Assembly (NCBI RefSeq): GCF_001194135.2
Contig: NC_068981.1
Span: 39,221,806-39,273,217 of the forward strand
DNA: 51,412 nt
From: Octopus bimaculoides
Lineage: Eukaryota
Direction: 5' to 3'
Positions 26,001-36,544 of the stretch are shown here, one piece after another. Numbering within the stretch: the first letter of the stretch is position 1; each line of letters opens with the position of its first letter. The position numbers and the translations under genes were made by a program. Below the pieces are notes generated by a model. The model had not been told where the DNA came from and did not search any database. It saw nothing but the letters and a program-made list of their open reading frames with translations.

Positions 26001-26529
26001 GCATTGATGCCTATCAGTTTAGTACCCATGTACATGGTTCTGTTGTTGGATTTATGGATATGCAGGCTTATTATTCACAAAAAAGCCCTTAGCTTTACAA
26101 AGAGGATTCAAAAGATATGCAGGAAAGGATTTTAGTGCCAGGTTCACATTAGGAGATATCCAAAGAAATACAACTGTTCACAAATCTAATATGCTATTTT
26201 ACAATCGCTATACTTGAAATATATTAATTTCATACCATTGAACTCATATGAAATCCATATCCACATCATTATAGGTTTAACAGCAACATTTTTATACTTG
26301 CATTGCTAAGATAGAATTCTCTGCGACAGTTTTTTCTATAGCTGGATACTCTTTCTGTTACCTACCCTCACCTTTCTCCAGGCAAGGCTTATTTTCTCTC
26401 GTCCTTCATACATGAAAAACACAATGACTGAACATACTTTCATGGAAGAATGCAGATGACTGCAACCACTTTTATGATGGTAACCATTTATTTATAATTT
26501 GTGCAAGATGTTAAGACAAGGGAACATGA

Positions 26530-26694
26530 ATTGTCATACATACTCCCTGCTCCTACATATATGTATATGCACATGCATATATTTATGTATACATTCATAT
26601 ATACATACACACATGCACATACATATATATAGACTTGTATGTGTATATTGCACTATTTCTCTCCTATTGTGTTCCTCAGTGACCTTAGCATATA

Positions 26695-26732
<38 letters not shown>

Positions 26733-27085
26733 GGTTTTTAACTTTTAAATTTTCATATTCAAAAGAGACAGAGACTTCAAATTCGATATATCGATTTATT
26801 CACCACTCTATGTTAACATTTCTGTGCCAAACTTATCCAGTGACTGGTTCACTGGATTTAGACATTTGGCACTTCTTCAGGAGTGGTTACCATTCGAACA
26901 AAACACGAAAAAACACATACATAACTATCATTAGATCCTTAGAATCTCGTTAGATTTCATAAATATACATATAAATATACATACACATATATATATATAT
27001 GCACACATATATATGTGTGTGAGTGTGTGTATGTTTGCTTGTGCATGTGTGCATGCATGTGTGCATGCATGTGTGTGTGTGTGAA
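26530..27085. repeat. (TA)n/(CA)n/(TG)n microsatellite blocks flanking a ~220-bp unique segment
   Basis: Visible runs at 26535-26730 and 26960-27085. Confidence 0.85.
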
Positions 27086-27707
27086 TGTAACAAGGAAAAG
27101 ATTGACTGTGACAGTGGCACACCTTCATCAGAATATCTGATGGTGAACAAACCAAAGCCTTAAAGTTACCATCAAAATGTTAATAAATATGCCCTCTACA
27201 TAAAAGTAGTGAATAATCTTTCAGTTTAATGCTAAGTTTTTATACAACTTAGCATAAACATACATGCATACATGCATATACATCAGGCATGTGCCATCAA
27301 TAGTTACTCAGAATAGGCAGTTGGTGATATTTATGTAGTAAAAAATACAAAAAATAAGTGAAACACAGCCACATGACTGAGTTGAAGGCAGATTTACTTC
27401 TGCCTTTATAGCACGTAAGGAAAAGGTTGTTGGAAGAATGTATGCAACACGTATACTACATTAGTACTATGTATAGCTTAAATACTGAGATTGAAAGGCG
27501 GGGGCAAATTATGTCTATTTAATCTACAAAAAATAAAATACTTTGCATTTTATGCATAATAATCAGAGTAACGTTTATAATTTTCTGGAACTAGGTGCAT
27601 ATTTTTCCATAAAAAGAAAATGTTGTTATCAATCTATTTTATTCAAGGTAGGCACTGCCTACCTTGCCAACCTAGGCGGTATGTCCCTGATATATATATG
27701 TATATAT

Positions 27708-27971
27708 NNNNNNNNNNNNNNNNNNNNNNNNNNNNNNNNNNNNNNNNNNNNNNNNNNNNNNNNNNNNNNNNNNNNNNNNNNNNNNNNNNNNNNNNNNNNN
27801 NNNNNNNNNNNNNNNNNNNNNNNNNNNNNNNNNNNNNNNNNNNNNNNNNNNNNNNNNNNNNNNNNNNNNNNNNNNNNNNNNNNNNNNNNNNNNNNNNNNN
27901 NNNNNNNNNNNNNNNNNNNNNNNNNNNNNNNNNNNNNNNNNNNNNNNNNNNNNNNNNNNNNNNNNNNNNNN
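27708..27971. other. Assembly gap (N) flanked by (TA)n and followed by (TG)n at 28015-28170
   Basis: N run. Confidence 1.
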
Positions 27972-28129
27972 TATTCATCATCATTGATTTGCATCTGATT
28001 TTCAATGATGGTATAGTGTGTGTGCATGTGTGTGTGTGTGTATGGTTGTGTGTGTTTGTATGTGTGTGTGTGTGTGCGCGCACGCATGCATGTGTGTATG
28101 TTTGTGCAGGTGTGTGTGTTCGTATGTGT

Positions 28130-28166
<37 letters not shown>

Positions 28167-28194
28167 CTTGTGTCTGAAAGTTGTAATTTCCATT

Positions 28195-28246
28195 TCTTGC
28201 AGAAGATTGTTCAAGTCAATTTTCACTTGAACAATCTTCTGCAAGA
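28195..28246. other. Perfect 22-bp inverted repeat with an 8-nt loop
   Basis: tcttgcagaagattgttcaagt-caattttc-acttgaacaatcttctgcaaga; the arms are exact reverse complements. Confidence 0.95.
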
Positions 28247-28496
28247 TTGTGTCTCCTGATTTTTCACGCTTGAAGCAGTGGAAATAAAAACTCCCTTAAC
28301 ATTGTAAAACATGAAAAGGCTGACAAAATGAAGAGCATCTGTCTTTAAATATACTGCATCAAATCAATATCTAATTAAATTATGCCACCATAAAAAAAAT
28401 ATTTCTAAAACAATTGACCAAACTGATAAATTTTGTTTGAAACTGAATAAAGAATTAAAGACATAGAAGTCATATAAAAACACGTAAATATGAGAA

Positions 28497-28502
28497 TTTA
28501 TT
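28497..28502 (-). terminator. Candidate polyadenylation signal AATAAA of the small secreted-protein gene
   Basis: Lies 27 nt past the TAA stop at 28529 on the minus strand. Confidence 0.4.
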
Positions 28503-28528
28503 CTTAACTTACCTTCTTGATATAAGAC

Positions 28529-28755
28529 TTAATAGTGTACGAAAGGATAATTTTCTGCAGGATAATTTCCATAAGTATAATCTGCACCAGAATAGTGTGG
28601 GTATTGATCATTAGAATTATAGACGAAATTCATATGTGGAATGTGGTAGGCAGTAATACCTGGATTTTCCGTATGTACAAGTGTATCTACATAGGGTCTG
28701 ATATTAAGCAAGATGTCAGAGAGGCCAATTGGATGATTATAACCGCCATGGTATC
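28529..28755 (-). CDS. Terminal coding exon of a small secreted Tyr/His/Gly/Asn/Pro-rich protein: (G)YHGGYNHPIGLSDILLNIRPYVDTLVHTENPGITAYHIPHMNFVYNSNDQYPHYSGADYTYGNYPAENYPFVHY*
   Basis: Acceptor aaacaaatagcag|GA (NAGNAG, alternative start 28758); phase 1 matches the exon at 30116; open to TAA; non-repetitive DNA with a strongly biased amino-acid composition. Confidence 0.7.
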
Positions 28756-28857
28756 CTGCTATTTGTTTTAAAGAATAATATATTTATTATTTGTATGTTT
28801 TAAAGTCAATAATAAATTTAGAAAATTCATATATGTAAATTCTACACAATTCATTTT

Positions 28858-29053
28858 TTGGTGTCACAAAAATTGATGAACAAGGGAGAAGCACTACAAA
28901 TCAAAGATGCACCATGTGGCTGTACAACCTCAGTGGATGATACCAGTCAGCAGACTGATGCCTGAGAGTCGCATCAAGTGGCTTCTAATGGCAGCAGCTC
29001 AAACTACAATGGGTTTGTCTCACAAAGAACATTTCCGATTACTTTTGGGCACT

Positions 29054-29057
<4 letters not shown>
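28858..29057. mobile_element. Possible ~200-bp Tc1/mariner-like MITE in the intron
   Basis: Imperfect terminal inverted repeats ggtgtcacaaaaattga and rc(ttacttttgggcactcc), ending at a (TA)n run. Confidence 0.25.
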
Positions 29058-29142
<85 letters not shown>

Positions 29143-29413
29143 NNNNNNNNNNNNNNNNNNNNNNNNNNNNNNNNNNNNNNNNNNNNNNNNNNNNNNNNNN
29201 NNNNNNNNNNNNNNNNNNNNNNNNNNNNNNNNNNNNNNNNNNNNNNNNNNNNNNNNNNNNNNNNNNNNNNNNNNNNNNNNNNNNNNNNNNNNNNNNNNNN
29301 NNNNNNNNTTTAAATTTTAAAAAGGGTGTGTGTCGATCAAAAGGGATTGTAGGAAGGAAAAACGGGGGGAGTTCGATCAAAAGGGATCGAAAAAAAAAAA
29401 GGAGCGATCAAGC

Positions 29414-29465
<52 letters not shown>
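29057..29465. repeat. (TA)n-(GATA)n repeat spanning an N gap (29143-29308)
   Basis: Visible runs on both sides of the gap. Confidence 0.95.
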
Positions 29466-30115
29466 TCACATCATTAATTAAGGTTTCTTGTTTGGATATA
29501 CATACTATGATGGCAAAAATTCTTTTCTTCATCACCTGAATGAATGCACACAGGTTGACATGAAAATCAGAGCAGTATAGGAGTAAATCTTCTGATTCAA
29601 AGAAATAAGGAAAATATACTACATATTTTTAGTACATTTCCCTCATTGGGACACTCCAGACATGTGTTAATGCACTCATACACACATATGTATAAACATA
29701 TACTCAGCTAACACACACATAAATACATACACATACATACAGACAGATATATGTGTGTATGAATGAAGATTGAGTTGAGCTACTTGTTGCAAATTAGTGA
29801 GCTTGCAAATATCTTTTTTTTTTTTCACATTAATAAATTGCTTAATTACTTTTTAAAATGACATTAATAATAACAGGACTTATATTTGAAGATTAATTAA
29901 TTATGTCTGAAGATTAATTAGATATGTCTAATGTTTGATGTATAATGTTTAACCATTAATGCATAATGATTAATCTAAATATTATGACTACTGATAATGC
30001 CAGGTTACAATCTAAATATACTTTAAAGTACTTTGTATTAGATTTTGTTTTGTAAACAACATTTTTAATAATTTAAATTGATTTACTTTTGAAGAAAAAA
30101 TATAAAAATATTTAC

Positions 30116-30206
30116 CTCCAGCTATCCAGTTAGCATTAGCTGTTGTAGGAGTGGCAAGCAATCCAACGAACACTGAAATTGTTACAAAATTGATAGTAAA
30201 TCTCAT
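30116..30206 (-). CDS. First coding exon with signal peptide MRFTINFVTISVFVGLLATPTTANA|NWIAG (phase 1)
   Basis: ATG directly after an in-frame TAA; basic n-region, hydrophobic h-region, A-N-A cleavage motif; donor GGAG|gtaaat. Confidence 0.7.
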
Positions 30207-30566
30207 TTATAACTTTTTGCGATAATATATTCACTTCTTAATTCATAACTAATGCATTATTTATTAAATGTTTTATTAATCTCTTTATCTAATTCATTAA
30301 CTTTTTACTTGGGTGGTCACCTATTATTAGTGTTTACATTATATTTACATTCAAAATTCGATATTTTTCAAAAGTTGTAATCTGTTCGATTTCTACGAAA
30401 ACTAAAGACAGTTTCTGTTATAGAACTACTCAAGATTGAAACTAAATACATTGCTGATGTTGTTCCAACATGACAATGGATTTCAAATCTTAGCTCTTAT
30501 TAGGAGTTGTGTGATAGCAGTCAATTGCATATTACATTCAACTTTTCATCCTTCTATACTGACAAT

Positions 30567-30586
30567 TTTTATATGACATTACGCAA
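30567..30586 (-). promoter_or_regulatory. Candidate TATA box (TATAAAA, 30573-30567) next to a C/EBP/PAR-like TTGCGTAAT (30586-30578)
   Basis: Motif match only, about 360 nt upstream of the ATG, with upstream ATGs in between. Confidence 0.2.
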
Positions 30587-31235
30587 ATTTGAACTGAAAA
30601 GTAATTTGTCAATTATAAGCCACAAATGAAAGGAAAATAGTCTTCGCATTACAAAAATCGTTTTTCTAAACATATATAGTTTTTGGTGACTATAGATAAC
30701 AGTTTTCATTTATAAACTTAAAATAATATTAAGATGTATACATGCAAATTGGCACATTTGGACGTTATAAAAGTATGTTAATAAAGAAATATAACATTCT
30801 CTTTCTATTGGAAAAGGTTCCAGGACTTGACGTGAATCCAGCATCCAAATAAAATCTCTTCGTTACCAAAAAGTTAAACTTATGGATAGAAATGACTAAG
30901 GACTCTTGTCTATGTTATCTGTAGGATTTTGCATGGTAAGTCTTAGACTATCAACACACTTAGGGTATTTGTTGAAGTAGTGCTTAGTTTTTCTGTTACG
31001 TGGCAGCTGAATCCATGGAGGTTATCCTGAAAAATATATCTGCAAATCAACTACTTTTCCATCATTTGTTTCTCTTAATTATAAATCAAATTATTCAGGA
31101 TACTTGTAGCAAGAGGTTTATGAATTTCAAGTATCTGTTGTTTTAAGTGCACTGCTCAGCACACAAATGTGATATATGATAATATATTATGTGTGCATTT
31201 GCAGAAGTAATTAGGAGTTCATTTATAAATCTTAC

Positions 31236-31297
31236 CTGTAACAAACAGGCAAACCAGGAGAGAAGTTGAAGCCATTGTCATGTTTTTGAAAATAAAG
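31236..31297 (-). CDS. Internal exon with a start codon and a signal-peptide-like ORF MTMASTSLLVCLFVT(G/A), phase 1
   Basis: Strong acceptor ttattttacttttgacag|, aaaaacATG at 31281, consensus donor CAG|gtaaga. Confidence 0.5.
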
Positions 31298-32039
31298 CTG
31301 TCAAAAGTAAAATAATTTATTTTTAATGTGAATATGCCAAATCATTTTGATAAGGAAATGCATGTTGAAAAGCAAATCGTTTTGACATAATAGAAAATAT
31401 AATTTTGCAAAGGGGAAATGTGTGTAATGTGTTAGACTATTAATAAATATAAAATATATAGAATTTATTCTGGAAAGTTATAAAGTATTAACTACTTAAG
31501 CTTATTTAGTATAAGTATTTACATAAAAATAACGTCGGGAAATATAATGTTTTAGAAGTAAAAGATAACCAATTTACTGAATAACTACAACTTAATAAAA
31601 AATGTATTAAGTTTTAATGGAAAAAAATCTAGTAATCAGACATCTGGATTAGATTTAGCCATTTACCAGATATACATTGGTATGGCTGTGTACTTCATAA
31701 ATGATTTCTTCTAAACTTTCAGTTGACAAATAATTTTGTGAGGGAAATTTGGTAGATTGAAATAGTGTGGTTATAATGTTGCACACTTAATTGCAAGCTT
31801 GTGGTTTCAGTTCTCGGATTAGGATGAGTTGAGTTCTTGAGCAAAACATTTATTTCACATTGCTCTATGATCATTTGAACATCTAATGTATAGCACATCA
31901 TGCACCTTAGGCAATGTCGGTTTGATGAAGGGAAAGAGCTAATGTAGAGAACATACATTCGATCTCTGTAAACAAATAATCTGTGCAGGTTCAGCAAGAA
32001 ATTTCAGAAGCCTCATCTGTTGTCTCTGGCAGGGAAGTC

Positions 32040-32215
32040 TACGAGTCTATGACATACATATGTATGTACATATGTACATACATGCATGCATACAAATGTA
32101 CATACATATACATACACACATACATGCATACACAAATACATATGTACACACACATACATACATACACACACATACATACACACACACATATATACATACA
32201 TACATACATACATAT
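32040..32215. repeat. (CATA)n/(CA)n microsatellite
   Basis: Visible run. Confidence 0.95.
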
Positions 32216-32604
32216 GTTGTTGTTGGCACTCTGTCGCTTACGACGTCGAGGGTTCCAGTTGATCCGATCAACGGAACAGCCTGCTCGTGAAATTAATGTG
32301 CAAGTGGCTGAGCACTCCACAGACACGTGTACCCTTAACATAGTTCTCGGGGATATTCAGCGTGACACAGTGTGACAAGGCTGGCCCTTTGAAATACGGG
32401 TCAACAGAAACAGGAAGAAAGAGTGAGAGAAAGTTGTGGTGGAAGAGTACAGCAGGGTTTGCCACAACCCCGCTGCCGGAGCTTCATGGAGCTTTAGGTG
32501 TTTTCGCTCAATAAACACTCACAACGCCCGGTCTGGGAATCGAAACCGCTATCCTAAAGTGGAGGCACAATGGCCCAGTGGTTAGGGCAGTGATCTCGCG
32601 GTCA
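32215..32604 (-). mobile_element. Well-preserved tRNA-derived SINE whose 5'-most 48 bp (32557-32604) are inverted
   Basis: The body on minus carries the B-box region (rc of gggaatcgaaacc). The A-box head gtggaggcacaatggcccagtggttagggcag appears on plus immediately after. Many CpGs are retained. Confidence 0.85.
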
Positions 32605-32943
32605 CATACATACATACACATACACATACCAACAAATTTGGCCAAAAACTTAGAAATACTCAGTGTCACAGGAAAAGAGCAAGAGAAACTGGCATGGATT
32701 CTTCAAATTCAATCTGTCAGTGTCACAGTGAAGATTCATAAGACATTCCAACTCAACCATATATTTACAAACACCAGAAACTCTCTTAACTCAAAAGTTA
32801 CTTTGTTAGCATGTTAACAACCAGCTTGAACTCTCTCAAAAACTTAAATTAAATGCAAAGAAAAATCATACATCCATAGATATATATATACATACATATT
32901 TATTACCAGTTCACCAGCCATAAGTTTTAAAAAAAAGCATGCT

Positions 32944-33102
32944 CAGGAGTTGTCTTAAGGCATAGGCAAACTGGGCAGTTGCCCAGGGGCCTCACAATTA
33001 TGATCTATGTATAATGTGGTTTGCTGTCAATAAGAAATACTATAGGGCCCAGTATATTGAATTTCCCAGTGCAGTCAATAAAGCTATAAAGAGACGATCC
33101 TG
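32944..33102. mobile_element. Possible non-autonomous DNA transposon (CAGG...CCTG ends)
   Basis: caggagttgtctta...agagacgatcctg imperfect TIRs; no TSD found. Confidence 0.35.
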
Positions 33103-33265
33103 CACTCAAAATAAGAAATAGAAATAGAGGGGTTATATTTTTATATATCATCAAGCAGTATATTATTATGGCATATAACTTGTCAGAATATTATCGTTGA
33201 TTTCACACTTAGTATTGCACTTGAGAATATGGATAACTCTTCAGAAGTAGTGATAATATTAAAAT

Positions 33266-33297
<32 letters not shown>

Positions 33298-33619
33298 TAA
33301 TACATATGTGTGTGTAATCTTAATAAACAAGATCTGAATAATGATACCTTGTAGTATTTAGGTCTGAGGCAAGTTTTTCATTTACACGAAGGTGGCCCTG
33401 CCAAGGGTCAGACAACTTACTAGGATCTGATGTACTTGACTAAAAGTCCTTGAAGGTGATGCCCCAACGTAGCCACATTCCAAGGGTTGAAAGCAGGGAA
33501 AGTATACAAATTAGGCTAATACATCACTCTGTGTTTAAGAGATGATTTACTCAAGTACTAAGGTTTGATAAATCATGAATTTATATTTGTATCTATGTTA
33601 CAGAGAAGATCTATTGTCA

Positions 33620-33850
33620 TTAGGCAACCTAAGAGAATGTGAGTCAAAGGGGTAATATTTTTTGTGATTGTTGAATCACCAAGAAATAGCAGACAAACCT
33701 CCCTGAAATCAAACTCTCCTGTTTTAAATAATCAAGGATACAGTGGACAATGAAGTCTGAAATGAAAACTAAGACAGGTTGACCACAGATGGAATACCTT
33801 CAGTCAGAGGTCCCTTCAATCTACATAAACCTGAGGCTAAATAAAAGTAA
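33620..33850. mobile_element. Unclassified interspersed repeat; related copies at ~12380-12480, 23485-23560, 34470-34640 and 49440-49670
   Basis: Shared degenerate motifs (gaaatagcag.caaa.ctccct.aaatca; ttgttgttta...ggtca..ctga) in both orientations. Confidence 0.5.
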
Positions 33851-34974
33851 AAACAATAAATATAACAATGACAACAACATTACAGAAGACCTATCAGTTT
33901 CAGAGTAGAGTGAGAATAAACATAGAAATATATGTTAGAATTGACCCTTACCGAATAAACATGAGATGAAAGAACATCTGTTTGTGTTGCAAAGTATACG
34001 TTCAGAATGGAAATATAGGATAACAGACGATTTGTGATTAAAGAGTTTTATTTATGTCATCTGAGAGTTATTTTGATCAGTAGTATTTATTGATTTTATT
34101 TGCTTAATAATAATATATTTGAAAGAAATCCTACAGAAATACATTCCCATTTCATCTTTTCCTCCACCCGTCTGTTCATCATCATCATCATCATCATATT
34201 ATCATCATCATCAGCAGCAGCAGCATCAACAACAACAACATATAATTTTCAATGAATTGAATGATAGAGTATGATCTCTAAGATTTACAGTTTATATCTT
34301 AATTCTGTGTTCTGTCTATGGCCAAAAACACTTAAATCTTCTTAACTAGTCTAGTCCATATAGCTATAATTGCATATCATAATAAAGCACTATCAATTGC
34401 TGCAAAGGATGAAATTATTGTATAATTGAAGCTTATGTAAGTAACAGTTGTTTTGTTATTGTTGTTCTTGTTGTTTAGACCAAGGTAATTTTTTATTGAG
34501 CAAGACTTTATTTGTAACCATTCTATAATGTAGCTGCGATAACATTATCAAATGTGTTCTTCCCCTGACATCGGGAGGTGTGTGACATCAAAGATTTGAC
34601 AGCTATTTCTAGCAGTTTCACATGGTTGCTGTGGTGCTATGGTGCACCATAAGACATGTCTAGGGTTTGCTGTAGACTTTAAAAAATATGTCCAAGTCTT
34701 TAGAAAATCCATACCAACGGTTGATCTGGTTGGAAAACATTGTCCATTCATAGTCTTATTGTATGTAAGTGTCATTTAAAACATAATTAGTGATACTTTT
34801 GTATATCGTCCTAAATTCTTGGGATAAAAGCAGTTTTTTTCTTTTAAACTTTCTACCCAAAGAGTATCAGTTATATTTTATAACCATATGAAAAACATTA
34901 AGTCAAAAGGCTTGTGTGGTGGTGTAGAAGCTTCCCTCATAACATTATAAGTGACACTTGTATGACTATCTTGT

Positions 34975-35209
34975 AGCTTTTCTCTTTTATCTTTTATTTA
35001 TTTCAGTCATTAGACTGCAGCCATGCTGGGGCATTTACCTGAAGACTTTTAGCCAATTGAATCGCCCTTAGAACTCATTTTTATAAGCCTAGGTACATCT
35101 TATATCAGTCACTTGTACCAAATTACTAAGTTATGGAGACCTAAACAAACCAACAACAGTTTTCAAGCAGTGGTGGGGTACAAAAACACACATGTGCATT
35201 CTTGTGCAT

Positions 35210-35285
<76 letters not shown>

Positions 35286-35400
35286 GCATAATACACATAT
35301 CTATCTATCTATCTGTCTAACTCTCTATATCTCTATATCTGTATATACTTATATCCATATATGTGTGTCTGTCTGTCCGTGACTGTGTGTGATCTATGTA
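34975..35400 (-). mobile_element. SINE 3' portion followed by (CA)n/(TA)n/(TATC)n repeats
   Basis: tttcagtcattagactgcagccatgctggggca...aagcctaggtac...actaagtta. Confidence 0.75.
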
Positions 35401-35599
35401 TGTATGTATAAAATCAGTTTTATTAGAGACTTATAGAGATGCATACTTATTGTATTAGATAAACCTTACTAGAAATATTATGAAATTTTAAAATTTATTA
35501 TAAATCAGTGACAAATTTGATGGCAAATTTAATGCAGAAGGAGAATTTTGTGATATGAAATTGCAGTTTAAATGTCAATTAAATTGATCAACTACTTAC

Positions 35600-35680
35600 C
35601 AGATGGCGTATGTTGGTAGCAGAATTTTAGTATTACCTACGAAGATTCTCAGTGAAATTTGGTATTTATACTGTTCCCAC
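35600..35680 (-). other. Exon-like segment: either an 81-nt phase 2-2 exon (WEQYKYQISLRIFVGNTKILLPTYAI) or a TATA box (TATAAATA 35670-35663) plus a short non-coding first exon
   Basis: Strong acceptor tttacttcttcttttttcccaatgcacag| and consensus donor CTG|gtaagt. Confidence 0.45.
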
Positions 35681-36544
35681 CTGTGCATTGGGAAAAAAGA
35701 AGAAGTAAAACAATAGAAATTCATCCATACGTGTGTGTATGTATGATTCCAATATATATACACATATACAGAAGATACCCATATAATGAATAATTAATTT
35801 GCAAATTATGGGAATATTTCATGATATATATAACCATGATGGTAATAATTATAAATGCAAGGTCAATATTTTAGAACAAAAAACTCACCTCGTTTAGTTA
35901 TAATACTAATGAGAGAAAAACAAAAGGCCTGTGAAGAGTTTCAAGGATTTATTCAGATTGTAAACTCCATTTTCTCACAGCTTATTTCAACAAAAGATAG
36001 GAGCAAAAATAACTAGCTGAAAATTCCCACTTGGTCGTAAAGTATTACAATTTCATTGTAAAATTGATGACTAAAAGAAGGAACTCTCACAAACAAGTAT
36101 TTTAGATTAATTACAAAGTTGTTGCAAAAGTGGTGGTGGTGGTGATGTTTTTCTTACAGTATATAATTTAATTTGTTTTGAGTTCAAATACTTCATTAGT
36201 TGATGTATCTTCCATGTATGAGTGACAAATAGAATAGATGTCAGTTGTTGTTTTACACCAGAGGTGGACCTGATTGAGAAAAAGGTATCACCAAAGTCAT
36301 TCAAGCCATTATCATCCAGTCTTTTGTTTAAGAATAGATTAACCCACAAAACATTCTAAAATGTATCCTTTTCTTGCAGTAATGATGACGATGATGGTGG
36401 TGGTGGTGGTGGTGGTGACAATGACGATTCTTCTTCTTCTTGCTATAGGCACAAGGCTTGCAATTTTGTGGGGAAGGAGCTAGTCAATTACACGACCCCT
36501 TAGATATTTTATCAACCAATAATAATGATAATGATAATATTTGG

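Noticed and set aside
27543-28259. ORFs of 140-185 aa
   Set aside because: They span N runs and (TG)n/(CA)n repeats.
28529-28755. Reflectin or suckerin identity for the Tyr-rich peptide
   Set aside because: No M/FD(X)5MD(X)5MD reflectin motif, only one Met and one Arg in the mature region, and a signal peptide is present; it lacks the Ala/His-Pro and GLY modular repeats of suckerins.
29309-29415. Unusual gatc-rich, homopolymer-rich segment
   Set aside because: Adjacent to a gap within (GATA)n; looks like low-quality read-end sequence.
33604-33638. 35-nt exon-like segment with |gtgagt donor
   Set aside because: The donor lies within the interspersed repeat at 33620-33850.
34640-34775. Open frames on both strands (…DFKKYVQVFRK… and DYEWTMFSNQINRWYGFSK…)
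   Set aside because: Weak acceptors and no phase-consistent partner exon; insufficient support.
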